From: Eledone cirrhosa
Lineage: Eukaryota
Reading direction: 5' to 3'
Length of the DNA stretch: 64,000 bases
NCBI GenBank assembly: GCA_964016885.1
Contig: OZ024742.1
Location: 42,718,001-42,782,000 of the forward strand
Shown piece after piece: positions 1 to 11,391 of this stretch. Below the pieces are notes generated by a model. It had not been told where the DNA came from. It did no database searches and saw only the letters and a program-made list of their open reading frames with translations. Position 1 is the stretch's first letter; each line of letters opens with the position of its first letter. A program made the translations under genes and the position numbers.

Positions 1-104
1 AGACACACACACACACATACAGTACAGACACACACCACACACGCACACATACAGTACAGACACACACCACACACACACACATACAGTACAGACACACACC
101 ACAT
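1..104. repeat. Degenerate (CA)n minisatellite built on CATACAGTACAGACACACACCACACAC units
   Basis: Unit seen directly three times; it is the reverse complement of the TG-rich array at 560-1300. Confidence 0.9.
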
Positions 105-183
105 ATCACCCGGTCTGCGAATTGAACTCACAACTTTTCGATTGCAAGGCCAATGCTCTAACCACTAAGCCATGTGCCTCCAT
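105..183 (-). mobile_element. Head fragment of tRNA-derived SINE family A
   Basis: Reverse complement matches 2530-2607 (GGAGGCACATGG(C/A)TTAGTGGTTAGAGCATTGGCCTTGCAATCG...GAGTTCAATTC). Confidence 0.85.
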
Positions 184-234
184 ATATATATATATATATA
201 TATTAAACGATGATGATGATGATGATGATGATGA

Positions 235-279
<45 letters not shown>

Positions 280-559
280 TATGTACACGCACACGCATAT
301 ATGTATACAGACGTACAGTAGTATGTATATATATATATATACCTACATACATACTACATACATACTCCCACATGTATATTACATGTCAGAGAAACTACTT
401 CCAATTCAACACCAAACTCATATGGATAGGTGATGTCAGAACTGTCCCTGTTCTTTGAACACGTCACAAGCTGGTCCCTGTTGCTGTGAAGTCAACCATT
501 AACTCATAATGTTATCTTCCATATAACACATGTGATGCTTCAGTGAGCACACAGATTCA

Positions 560-1300
560 TGTTTATATGTGTGTGTGTTGCGTAGTATGGTGTGGTGTGT
601 GTCTGTACTCTGTGTGTGTGTGGTGTGTGGTGTGTGTCTGTACTGTATGTGTGTGTGGTGTGTGGTGTGTGTCTGTACTGTGTGTGTGTGTGTGTGGTGT
701 GTGGTGTGTGTCTGTACTGTATGTGTGTAGTGTAGTATGGTGTGGTGTAGTGTCTGTATGTGTGTGTGTACTGTATGTGTGTGTGGTGTATCTGTGTGGT
801 GTGTGGTGTGTATGTGTGTGTGGTGTATGTCTGTACTGTATGTGTGTGTGGTGTCAGTATGTGTGTGGTGTATGTGTGAGTGTGGTGCATGTGTGTGTGT
901 GTGGTGTATATGTGTGTGGTGTATGTGTGTGTGGTATATGTGTGTGGTGTATGTGTGTGCGGTGTATGTGTGTGTATGTATGGTATGCTGTGTATGAGAG
1001 TGTGTGTGTGTAGTGGGCTGTCTGTGTGTGTATATAAGTATGGTATGCTGTGTATGAGAGTGTGTGTGTGTGTAGTGGGCTGTCTGTGTGTGTATGTAAG
1101 TATGGTATGGTGTGTGTGTGTGTGTAGTGGGATGTATGTGTGTATATGTAAGTATGGTATGCTGTGTATGAGAGTGTGTGTGTGTAGTGGGCTGTCTGTG
1201 TATGAGTGTGTACATTGATGTGTTTATTTGTACATGTGTGTGTGAAGGGTATGTGTGCATCAGATGTATGTGTGTGTGAAGGGTATGTGTGTATCACATG
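560..1300. repeat. Compound (TG)n/GTGTCTGTACTGT minisatellite
   Basis: Seen directly; source of the spurious Cys/Val- and His/Thr-rich ORFs. Confidence 0.95.
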
Positions 1301-1349
1301 TATGAATGTACCTTTAAAATGAATGTATCTTTTAAAAAATAGCTTCTTA

Positions 1350-1522
1350 ATAATTGTTTCTACTTTTGGCACAAGGCCAGTAAATACCCAGTACATTACT
1401 GGTACTTTATTTTATCGACCCTGTAAGGATGAAAGGCAAAGTTAACCTCGGCGGGATTTGAACTCAGATCGTAAAGGGACGTAACTCTTTGCATCAATGA
1501 TACTGATACTGACAATCCACCG
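1350..1522 (-). mobile_element. SINE family B (Nin-domain-like)
   Basis: Minus strand reads GAGTTCAAATCCCGCCGAGGTTAACTTTGCCTTTCATCCTTACAGGGTCGATAAAATAAAGTACCAG (B box plus Nin-like core). Other copies at ~9697-9887(-), 16070-16267(+), 27455-27582(+), 30140-30360(+), 43643-43750(+), 46925-47110(+), 54578-54687(-). Confidence 0.8.
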
Positions 1523-2529
1523 AAATAATTAATAATTTTAGTAAATTTCCCCAAAATTCTTCATTAATTGAAATATGGCGTATGTCATTAGAAATATGGT
1601 AATGGAAGGGTTAAGTACTACTAGACAGCTGCCTGGCATTGCCTGGGAAATAATACATTAGCTATTTGCCATTTTATTGAACTAGAATTTTTTCAACATG
1701 CTGACGCATGTAATGAGTTATATGGATATAAATGTGCAAACACAGACACACTTACAAAAATACACACTCACAGACATACATTCACACAAACACACACATA
1801 CATTTACATAAACACACATGTACACATACACTCACACACAGCGTAGCAAATGAAACGCCAGCCGCTGTTTTGCTATAGTTTTTCACCATCTCTTCCTTCC
1901 TTCCTTTTACACATATACATTCACACAAACACACACCCATACATTGTATGAAGGACGGATGGTCAGAAGTCGCCCAAATTTATATATAGATGGAATCATG
2001 GGAATTCTGCCTGAATGTATGATAACAGAAACAATATTTTACTTGTTTCAGTCATTAGATTGGAGCATCCCCTTGAAAGGATCTATTCAACCCTAAACCA
2101 ACCAGCCATTATATTTTCAAGACTGGTACAGATTTCATCAAACTCTTTTTATGAAACTTAATTATCGGAGATAAACAAACAATCAATGTAAACACAGACA
2201 TGAACATACATATTCACTTCCCTAACATTTGTGTATTATTCTATGTACTATACATACACCTTTGACGAGTTGTAGTGCACCTGAGCACTTTACACAATAA
2301 TTTCATTATTATTATATATATATAAAATATGTACCAGTAAAGAACTGGGGGTCAATGTGATCGACTTTCCCCTCCCCCACAAAACGTTGACCTTGTGCCT
2401 AAATTAAAAATCATTGTGATTGTTATCATCATCATCACCATCATCATCATTATTTTTATTGTTGTTGTAATTGTTGTTGTGGTGTTTTGGCTGTTCCGTA
2501 GACATCTGGCTAATTTTCAAAATGATGAT

Positions 2530-2868
2530 GGAGGCACATGGATTAGTGGTTAGAGCATTGGCCTTGCAATCGAAATGTTGTGAGTTCAATTCTCAGACCG
2601 GGTGATGTGTTGTTTCCTTGAGCAAGACACTTTATTTCACATTGCTCCAGTTTACTCAGCTGTAGAAATGAGATGATAGGGACTGGGGTCCCTATCATTC
2701 CACTGCAAAGTGGTCGTGGAGGTGCCACGGCAAAAAAGCACCCAGCACTCACTGTAAATGAGGTTGGTGTTAGGAAGGGCATCCAGCTGTAGAAATCATG
2801 CCAGAATCAGTTCCCGTCCCACCCTTGCAAGCAGGGAAAAAGAGGACGTAAAATGAAAATGAAATGAT
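2530..2868 (+). mobile_element. Full-length SINE family A: tRNA-like head (GCA/Cys-like anticodon loop), CORE-like block, internal hairpin, ~49-bp unit, RTE-like tail ending (ATG)n
   Basis: A box TGGATTAGTGG and B box GAGTTCAATTC; CORE-like TCCTTGAGCAAGACACTTTATTTCAC; near-identical copies at 12517-12945(-), 13210-13548(+) and 20479-20827(-). Confidence 0.9.
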
Positions 2869-3034
2869 ATTAGTACCTGTTCTGTGTAATTGTAATTAAA
2901 TCACTCCCTCCTAATTGATAACTGATGCTGTACACCAGGTCCGAACACAGAAGAGCCAAACTCCCACTGTCATCACCTTCTCTCGCCCTCCCCATATCTC
3001 ACTATTATGAGCAAATGGGGTCCCACGTGCTGGT

Positions 3035-3410
3035 CACCCCATGGCTGACAGAATGGAGAAGGCCTTTCCCTGGAGAATGGTAAGGGAGATGAGCCATTCC
3101 ATCTTGCTAGGCTCACACCTGCTGCTAGCCAGCTCAGTGCCTATAGTAGTAAGTAGAGAGGTAGCCCTAGGGCCAAGGACACCAGATGTCTCCACTGCTA
3201 GGGGCTCAACTGCAAGCCTGTTGGAGAGCGACTGATAGTTGGAGAGTTTACTCTCCATAGCCTGAAGTGCAGCAGAACCTGGGTTAGTTGCAGACTGCAC
3301 CAGGTTGCTGCTGGAGAATGTGTTGCTGCAAGTGGCATCCCAGATGAGGGGTTTAACCACTGCGGAACGGGAAGATGGTCATGCCGTCTGGCCTTTTGCC
3401 ATCCCCTTAT
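3035..3410 (-). mobile_element. Fragment of CRE-like non-LTR retrotransposon, C-terminal restriction-like endonuclease domain (frameshifted)
   Basis: Translation GDGKRPDGMTIFPFRSG / KPLIWDATC...AALQAMESKLSNY...EPLAVETSGVLGP...ISLTILQGKAFSIL fits the RPDG..WD.T..K..Y..P.A.ET.G..G..QRGNA pattern of CRE-clade RLE domains. Confidence 0.8.
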
Positions 3411-3509
3411 TATTAAGAAAATAGAATATAAGTTTCTCTCTCTCTCTCCCTCTCGCTGCCACTCTTACAATCACTATTTCTATCTATCTATACATCTCGT
3501 TACCGTTCT

Positions 3510-3570
3510 ATTGGGCCAGCCTCTCTTCCCGCCAGTCAGACAAAATTACATCATAGGAGACGCCATTTTG
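3510..3570. promoter_or_regulatory. Possible promoter motif cluster (CCAAT, E2F-like, YY1-like)
   Basis: ATTGG at 3510, TTCCCGCC at 3526 and CGCCATTTT at 3561, within 60 bp of non-repetitive sequence; no linked gene identified. Confidence 0.3.
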
Positions 3571-3869
3571 AATTAGCTACCAGACATAAAATCTGAAATC
3601 ATTGTTTTGCTATGATTATTTTACAATGCACCAGTACCCAACACTCGTCCCCAATGTATTCCTTCATTTTATTTCATTTTGTCTTATTTTTAGAGATCAT
3701 TTTTTAATTTTTTTTTTATATATTATCTGCCAAACTTTCTTGCCTTTTTTTTTATTTTGCTTTAATTTTTAAAAACTTTTTCATTGTTTACAAGAGAAAC
3801 AGAAGACAGATAGAATGTTGAAACATAAACAGATTAAATGGCTCCACTTTTAACCTTTTTTTCTGAATT

Positions 3870-4040
3870 GGTATGGCTGTGTGGTTTAGGAGTTTGCTTT
3901 GCAAGCACATGCTTTGTGTTCAGTCCTACTCCACTACACTGCACCTTGGGCAAGTATCTTTTACTATAGTCCCAGGTTAACAAATGCTTTGTAGGTAAAA
4001 TACGTGATAGAAGGAAACTGCAGAAGCCCATTGGATATAT
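3870..4040 (+). mobile_element. SINE family C (tRNA head, CORE-like CACCTTGGGCAAGT, ...GGAAACTGCAGAAGCCC tail), diverged
   Basis: Related copies at ~42360-42520(-), 48885-49125(+), 60150-60430(+) and 62985-63120(+). Confidence 0.7.
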
Positions 4041-4049
4041 AGATATATA

Positions 4050-4367
4050 AAGCCGAAGCTGAAGCATATAGACAATATGCACCCACCCCCTCCCACTGCA
4101 AAGTGGTCGTGGAGGTGCCACAGCAAAAAAGCACCCAGCCCACACTGTAAAGTGGACGTGTAGGCGCCACAGAAAAAAAGCACCCAGCACTCACTAAGTG
4201 AGGTTGGTGTTAGGAAGGGCATCCAGCTGTAGAAATCAAGCCAGAATCAGTTCCCGTATGAGCAAGGCATGGTCAGCCGACTGGACACTGCCCACAACAG
4301 GACAACCCATCTAACCCATGCTAGCGTGGAAGAACGGACGTAAAACGGTGACGATGATGATGATGAT
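4050..4367 (+). mobile_element. SINE family A-related 3' module (two internal units, alternative tail)
   Basis: Shares AAAGTGGTCGTGGAGGTGCCAC...GGTTGGTGTTAGGAAGGGCATCCAGCTGTAGAAATC with the 2530-2868 copy. Confidence 0.85.
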
Positions 4368-4796
4368 ATATATATATATATATATATCACCATGATCATC
4401 ATCATCATCATCATCATCATCATTATCATCATCATCATTTAACATCCCTTTTTTTTCTTGCTAGCAAAGGTTGGATGAGTTGTCACAGACCAAGTTATTA
4501 CTTAATTGAACTGCTGACCTTGCAGACAGGCCAAGGGTTGGATCCCACTTACATACATTCCAACACTTTACAAAATGCACTGAGTACATTTCCTCATGGA
4601 ACCAGCACTAGGGAGGTTGTCATATCTTAGACAAAATTGAATAGTCCTCTCAGCACTTTGTTTGGCAAATTTTTTATGGCTAGATACCCTTCCTATCACC
4701 AACCACTTTACAGGGTGTACCGAGTGCATTTTATTGTGTTACTGACAATATCCGATACGAAAGGGGTGGTGTGATTTCAGATAGAGTAGGGTATAC

Positions 4797-5112
4797 ATCA
4801 TCATCATCATCACCGTTTTACGTCCATTCTTCCACGTTAGCATGGGTTAGACGAGTTTTCCTGTTGTGGGCAATGCCAGGTCAGGTGACCGTGTCTTGCT
4901 CATACAGAACTGATTTGGGCTTGATTTCTACAGCTGGATGCCCTTCCTAAAACCAACTTCATTTACAGTGAGTGCTGGGTGCTTTTTACCATGGCACCTA
5001 CATGACAATTTTACAGTGTGAACTGGGTGCTTTTTTGTTGTGACACCTACATGACCACTTTACAGTGGGTAGTGGGAGGGGGAATACTGTCTATATGCTT
5101 CAGCTTCGGCTT
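4797..5112 (-). mobile_element. SINE family A-related 3' module, inverted relative to 4050-4367
   Basis: Reverse-complement homology extends to TATGCTTCAGCTTCGGCTT (~5094-5112), matching AAGCCGAAGCTGAAGCATA at 4050. Confidence 0.85.
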
Positions 5113-5519
5113 GTAACCATGAGAAGTCAGGTCTTCTGTATTAACAGTGAAAGGGAAAATAGTTACTAAGGAGCAATGGTGGAAAGGGAGCATGTGTGTG
5201 CACGTATCTATACTTTATATATACGTGTGCGTATCTGTATCATTGTCTATGTTTATGTCTGTGTCTGTGTTGATATTCCATAACCTTGCTTTTCAACAAA
5301 TAGAGATTGATAAATAAATACCAGACTTGGAAAAACTAGGTATTATGACAATATGATTGACTTTAAGGCTGTACTCCAGCATGGCCACAGTCTAATGACT
5401 GAAACTAATAAAAGAATAAAAGAACATTCTAGAAAGGTTTCTGTGAAGGAAAGTAATGGTGATGTGTCAGCAATAAAGTAACCTTGTCATGCAGTAAGAT
5501 CGCTGAGTTAAAATCCAGG

Positions 5520-5660
5520 TCACATTTTTATGCTGGCAGGCGAGTTTTTTCCATTATTGCATGTCACCAATCCATGCAGTTCTTTGCCATCACAGTCATG
5601 AGGTTCAGCTTCCTAAGGTCATTCCATGTCTTCCTAAGTCTATCTCTTCCATGTTGTTTG
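5520..5660 (-). mobile_element. RTE LINE 3' end remnant
   Basis: Minus-strand translation HGRDRLRKTWNDLRKLNLMTVMAKNCMDW*HAI resembles the RTE C-terminal RGRPRKTW..DL..L.L...MA.DR..WR motif. Confidence 0.6.
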
Positions 5661-5804
5661 ATGACATATTAAGCCGGTCCCTGTTGTTGTTATGTCGACC
5701 ATTAACTGATAGTTATCTTTAATATAACAGATGTAATGGTTCAGTAAGCACACCAGTTGATGGGTGTTTATGTGCATTTCTTCATACAAATATCATCTAT
5801 ATGT

Positions 5805-5978
5805 CAGACTTGTCAGCTCTCCCTGTCTGATGGGGAGATCTCCCACCCAATCTGGGGTGGGTGAGAGATGTCTTCTCTTGTGAAAATGGGTATAGCTTTC
5901 ATTATGTAAAATCTCCCCATTTGGGCACTTTTTTTTCATGGTACTCCCTAGTTGGTTTTTGAGAGGTTGACAAGTCTA
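5805..5978. mobile_element. MITE, ~174 bp (hAT-like TIRs)
   Basis: CAGACTTGTCAGCTCTC ... GAGAGGTTGACAAGTCTA imperfect terminal inverted repeats; TSD not clear. Confidence 0.6.
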
Positions 5979-6212
5979 ATACATATCATAGTCTTCTCTC
6001 TTGCGCACTGCATTAGACCACTCTTATGCTAAGTTTTTCTCTCAGCTCACTTATGCTATATCATTCATGCACACTAACATTACACATCTATCATTCTTGT
6101 TGATTTGAAATAGATAGAGCTGATAATTGCAGTACTCTGTCTGAGCCTGAGTAACCTAAGTGCTGGAGCCTCCACTGCTATCTATCTATCTATTTATCTA
6201 TCCAACTATCTA

Positions 6213-6233
6213 CCCTTGTGGCAAATAAAGAAA

Positions 6234-6290
<57 letters not shown>

Positions 6291-6760
6291 CCCTGCTTTC
6301 ATGTCTTGTAATGTCCCATTACTTGTGTGCCCTTGTGGCAAATAAAGAAATCTATCTATTTATCTATCTATCTATTTATCTTATGTATCTATTTATCTAT
6401 CTATTTATTTATCTTATGTATCTTTACATAAGCCTGTAGGTGGAAAAGAGGAAGGAACGAGGGAGCACCCCCTCTCTGTGCTCCTGAGGAAAAGGGTTGC
6501 ACACTTTTTTCGGGGGTGTGTGTGACCCCCCAAGGCACCTCCTCTCTATTGAGGATTTTGTTATAAATTTTATTTTTTGTTATATTTTATAACAAAATCC
6601 TCTATTGAGGATTTTGTTATAATTCTATTTTTTGTTATATTTTATTTTATTTTTATATATTGTTATTGCCTCCTCCCTATTGAGGACGCCTTGTTTTGTA
6701 AACTCCCCCCATTGTACTTGTCCCACTTTTGATGCCCTTGTGGCAAATAAAAGAAACATA
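6213..6760 (+). repeat. Three stacked retroelement 3' ends (CCCTTGTGGCAAATAAA + TCTA/TC microsatellite)
   Basis: Identical motif at ~6213, ~6330 and ~6735, each followed by simple repeat. Confidence 0.7.
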
Positions 6761-7306
6761 TCTATTTATCTTATGTATCCAACTATCTCTCTCTCTCTCT
6801 CCCTCTCTCTATATATATATCTATCTCTATATCTATCTATCTGTCTGTCTATCCATTTAACTATTCACCCATTCTACTGTCCAACTATCTGTTTGTCAGT
6901 CAGTTTTATTTGTTTGTCACTCTTCATTGTCTCCACCACCAGTAAATTAAGCAAAGGTTCACTCCTTCTCTTTTCATCCTCCCCCACTGCTCTCTTACCC
7001 CTGCTCCAATCCAATCTATCTAGTGCCAAGAGACAGTTTAGGTCAGACAAAGTAGGGTAGTGTGGTGGCTGTGTTTGCTATTGTGCCAATGAAGAGGTTA
7101 AAGGTCAGACGGTGTTTCTTTACTAATTAGAACTGGGAACCAGCAACAATATATTAGTTGTTCTGTATTCACTCTCTGTCTATCCATCTACCTATCCATC
7201 CATCTATCTATCTATCTTTCTGTCTATCTATTTATCTATCTGTCTGCTGCCTGTCTGTCTATCTATCTATCTATCTGTCTCACTATATATATATATACAT
7301 ATATAT

Positions 7307-7565
7307 AATTGAGATGAGCGGAACAAGTAAACTTTAAACATTCTTTTAAAATAAATTAAAATACAATTTAAATATTCACCTATCCAAATTGCTTTTACCG
7401 ATGGTTTCGCCTCACAAATGATTGGAAATTCAAAGAACTTCCAATGGAAAGATCGGCTCTTCAGAAAGCTATTTCCATTACATAGGACGTAACATCCCAT
7501 AGCAAGCAAAATGCATCGCCAACTGCCAATGACCTACATGTGAACTGGTCGTCTAGTGAAAGAAT
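7307..7565 (-). mobile_element. Penelope-like pLTR/retrozyme-like fragment carrying a hammerhead ribozyme
   Basis: Homologous to 43895-44131, including the shared GCTCATCTCAATT(TA)n terminus. Confidence 0.7.
7386..7474 (-). ncRNA. Type I hammerhead ribozyme with extended stem II
   Basis: Minus strand: GCUUU-CUGAAGA-GCC...AUUGGAAGUUC uuu GAAUUUCCAAU...GGC-GAAA-CC auc GG-UA-AAAGC. All core nucleotides present, G10.1-C11.1 pair, GUA cleavage triplet, stem I closes. Confidence 0.85.
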
Positions 7566-7574
7566 ATATATATC

Positions 7575-7918
7575 CTTGAGCAAGAGTTTACTCAGCTGTA
7601 GAAATGAGATGATAGGGACTGGGGTCCCTATCATTCCACTGCAAAGTGGTCGTGGAGGTGCCACGGCAAAAAAGCACCCAGCCCACACTGTAAAGTGGAC
7701 GTGTAGGCCCCACGGAAAATAAAGCACCCAGCACTCACTGTAAATGAGGTTGGTGTTAGGAAGGGCATCCAGCTGTAGAAATCAAGCCAGAATCAGTTCC
7801 CATATGAGCAAGACAAGGTCAGCCGACCAGACACTGCCCACAACAAGACAATCCGTCTAACCCATGCTAGCGTGGAAGAACGGACGTAAAACGGTGATGA
7901 TGATGATGATGATGATGA
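7575..7918 (+). mobile_element. SINE family A, 5'-truncated (two internal units, alternative tail)
   Basis: Direct homology to 2617-2800 and 4245-4365. Confidence 0.85.
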
Positions 7919-7919
7919 T

Positions 7920-8282
7920 ATACTGCATGTCATTCCAGTGTGTACCAGTTGACACTATTGTCTGACCACAGCTGTTTATGCCTGCTGATATAGATAGATA
8001 AATATATAAATCATCATCATCATCATCATTATCATCATAGTTGTTTTTACATCCGCTCTTCCACACTTGCATGTATATATATATATAAATGTATATATAT
8101 ATATAAATGTATATATATATATAAATGTATATATATATATAAATACATGCAAGAGCAGATGTAAAAACAATGATGATGATAATGATGATGATTTATATAT
8201 TTATCTATCTATATCAGCAGGCATAAACAGCTGTGGTCAGACAATAGTGTCAACTGGTGCACACTGGAATGACATGCAGTAT
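7920..8282. repeat. Long near-perfect inverted repeat (~140-155 bp arms) with (TA)n spacer
   Basis: ATACTGCATGTCATTCCAGTGTGTACCAGTTGACACTATTGTCTGACCACAGCTG... is mirrored by ...CAGCTGTGGTCAGACAATAGTGTCAACTGGTGCACACTGGAATGACATGCAGTAT. Confidence 0.95.
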
Positions 8283-8432
8283 GACAACAACAACAATAAC
8301 AACAAAAGTGATAAAAGCTACACCTACAACAACAATAATAACTGCAAAACAAAAAGAGCATCAACATCATCAACAACATCAGAAACAGCAACAACAATAA
8401 CCACCACAACACCTCATACTTGTCCATCTTAA

Positions 8433-8719
8433 CCCTTTAGCATTTACATTACTCTCTACATACTATTGTATTTTCATGGTAAAGGCTTTATTTCACATAG
8501 TTATCTTACATAATATCAAATCTATGAGATTTTGATATTATTTATTTTGAGAACAATACCTTAACATAAGTATGAGCAGCTGATTTAAACAGTAAGACGT
8601 GAGAAAATTATGGTTAGATACAGCCAGTTTAATGTCAGTATGAGTGGCTGGTTACAGCCGGTTTCAACAGAAAGAGGTGAGAATTATGACCAGATACAGC
8701 CAGTTTAAATGCTAAAGGG
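8433..8719. mobile_element. piggyBac-type MITE
   Basis: TTAA|CCCTTTAGCATTTA ... TAAATGCTAAAGGG|TTAA: 14-bp TIR with TTAA TSD. Confidence 0.85.
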
Positions 8720-10537
8720 TTAATCTCCAACTCATATTTTCATTTCCAAACACAATTGAGGTGCCTTGGGACAAAACACATCTTCCTAATGACAGGGAGG
8801 ACTCCTAGTTGTGTCAAGAACACAACCTCTCCAGTGCTGTGCCATGATAAAATGCACCCAAAACACTCTGTAAACTGATTGGTATTAGGAAGGAATTCAG
8901 TTATAGAAACCATATCAAGGTCAAGAGGACTTTTGGTTGTGTCAAGGACACAACCTCCCTAGGGTTGATGACATTATAAAATGCACCCTGTACCTTCTGT
9001 AAAAATCCTTGCAAAAAAAAAAGAAATGAATGTGTAAGCAAGACATGGTCATAGGAGAATCTTGGCGGATAGTACTCTGATTAAAAACTAATGTGGTCTG
9101 TCCCATGCCAGCATGAAAAAATGGATGTTAAACAATAATGATTATGATGAGGATGATAAGGAAAATCATGAGGATGATGATGATGATAATTGTGATGATT
9201 CTTTATCCTTTTTATTTTCATTTCTCTTTTTTTTCATTTTTCTTTTTGTACTTCTTTTTCTTCTTTTACTTCTTTTATTTTCTTTCTTTTTATTGTGAAA
9301 ACAATGAACTGCTCACACTTCCAGCTATAATAACTAGAAATAGACAGTACTCTTGGTAGGTAAAGGAAGACATGGGAAGAGAGGGAGGTGGACTTATTGT
9401 TTTAAAATGGTCTGCCTGTTTGGATCTTAGAGATTAGGTAAATGGTGTTAGTGGTATGTTGGTCATAAATGAAGGGGTGTGGCTTTGTGGTTAGGGTATT
9501 CAGCTCACAATTATATAGTTGGGACTTCGGTTCCCAGTGGCACATTGTGTCCTTGAGCAAGACACATTGCTTTAGTCCACTCAGTTGGCAAAAGGTGAGT
9601 TGTACTTATAATTCAAAGTTATGTCACACACAATATCACACTGAATTTCTTTGAGAATTACATGAGCCCTTTTGTTACCATATTCCTAATAAAATATAAT
9701 TGTTTCTACTTTTGACACAAGGCCAGCTATTACCCCAGTACATTACTGGTACTTTATTTTATCGACCCCATAAGGATGAAAGGCAAAGTTAACCTCGGAG
9801 GGATTTGAACTCAGGCCGTAAAAGGCCATAACTCTATGCTGCAAATCATGACGTCCGACCCTCTCCCGATGCTGACAATCCACCGCCCTATGATTTTCTA
9901 TTAATTTTTCAAATAATCAAGAATTTCAAGGGATTTTGTAAAACAACTAACATTTGCATGATTAAACTGGTATTTGAAATGTAACAAAACTCTTACATAA
10001 AATTATCATGGACAGTTTAAATTAAAATATGAACACTTTAAAACAAATGGCTTTGCATCAGCAATTCTGTGGTTAGTGTCTCAGGAAAGAGTTACTGGAC
10101 AGATTTTACGGGCTGAAACCAACCAGCAGGAGACCCAGCGGTAGACCCCGAGCAAGATGGTTGGATAACATCCATGAGCTTGGCTAGTCATACTTGGAGA
10201 TCCAGCCAGATCAGTTGGAGACGGTTGCTTCTGACAAGACCCGCTGGAAGGAGTGTTTGATAACTCTGCCCCCACGACCTTCTTAGGAATAAGTGGGCAA
10301 AGAAGAAGAAGAAGGTTTTGTATCATAGAATAAGGAGTGGTTTCAGGCAGGTTGATATAAAAAAGATTATGGGTAAACGTGCCTATGGAATGCTTGGCCA
10401 CTTGCATGTTAATTTCATTAAAAGCTCTTTTATTGAACTAATCAACTGGAACATTTGTTGTCAGAACTGATGGAGGTCAAACACATACATATTACACTAC
10501 CTTTACTGCCTCTGAGTTTCAAATTCTTTATTTTCAG

Positions 10538-10824
10538 TTCAACCAGTGATGTCATCCAAGATGAAGCCACATCGTAATTCAGGCCGCAGAATTGTTGTCG
10601 GTGAGCCTATACATGATATACCTGAGGCGAAACTCTACCATTTGCTGCCTTATGAAGCTGTAGAAAATACAAACACACCTGAAAGACAGGCCTACAGGTT
10701 CAAAGTCTTCTATGACTCCAAGTTTATACCACATAAGAAGAAAACGGGGCATCACAGGAGATCTAGGAACAAGATAGGATTACCTTCCTTGAAAAGCATG
10801 CATTCTCATCGTAATAGAAGATGA
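10538..10824 (+). CDS. Putative terminal coding exon of an unidentified gene (basic C-terminus)
   Basis: Strong acceptor TTCTTTATTTTCAG ending at 10537, then ~95 open codons of non-repetitive sequence (QPVMSSKMKPHRNSGRRIVVGEPIHDIPEAKLYHLLPYEAV...RNRR*). No homolog recognised and no upstream exons identified. Confidence 0.45.
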
Positions 10825-10990
10825 TGGGATGGCAGAAAGACGTGTGCTGGTGGCGACAGTGATATGAGAGAGGAGAAGTCGTGTATAAGTATAAGAGACA
10901 GGGAAAATAATAGAAACTGAGAAACAGAATATGGTTGTGAGGCTGGATGAAACAAATTAAAACAAAAGAGAATATACATGTAAACAAACA

Positions 10991-11028
<38 letters not shown>

Positions 11029-11391
11029 TATGTGTGTGTGTGAGATAGATAGATAGATAGAGAGAGAGGGAGAGAGAGAGAAATATGGGCAGAATGCAAT
11101 AATGAAAGAATATGAACAATAACAACAAGAACAAGACTTTTTGTAATTTTTGTTGTTTTTTTGTCTTTTTTCCAAAATTGATTTCACATATAAACTTGAT
11201 TCACATCATTAAACAACAACATCATCATCATCATCATCATCAACAACAACAACAATGATGACAACAACGACGATGAATACAGTAACAAAACCAAACATGG
11301 CACCAGCACTGACAACAACAACAAAATAAACCAGAAATACAATGCCACAAAGCAAATCATCTGTGTTAGTTTTATTGCTGTTAGTAATTCT

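Noticed and set aside
499-1396. His/Thr- and Cys/Val-rich ORFs
   Set aside because: Artefacts of the (CA)/(TG) minisatellite.
2530-2605. tRNA-Cys-like gene
   Set aside because: Acceptor and anticodon stems do not pair properly, and the sequence continues into a multi-copy SINE body; it is a SINE head.
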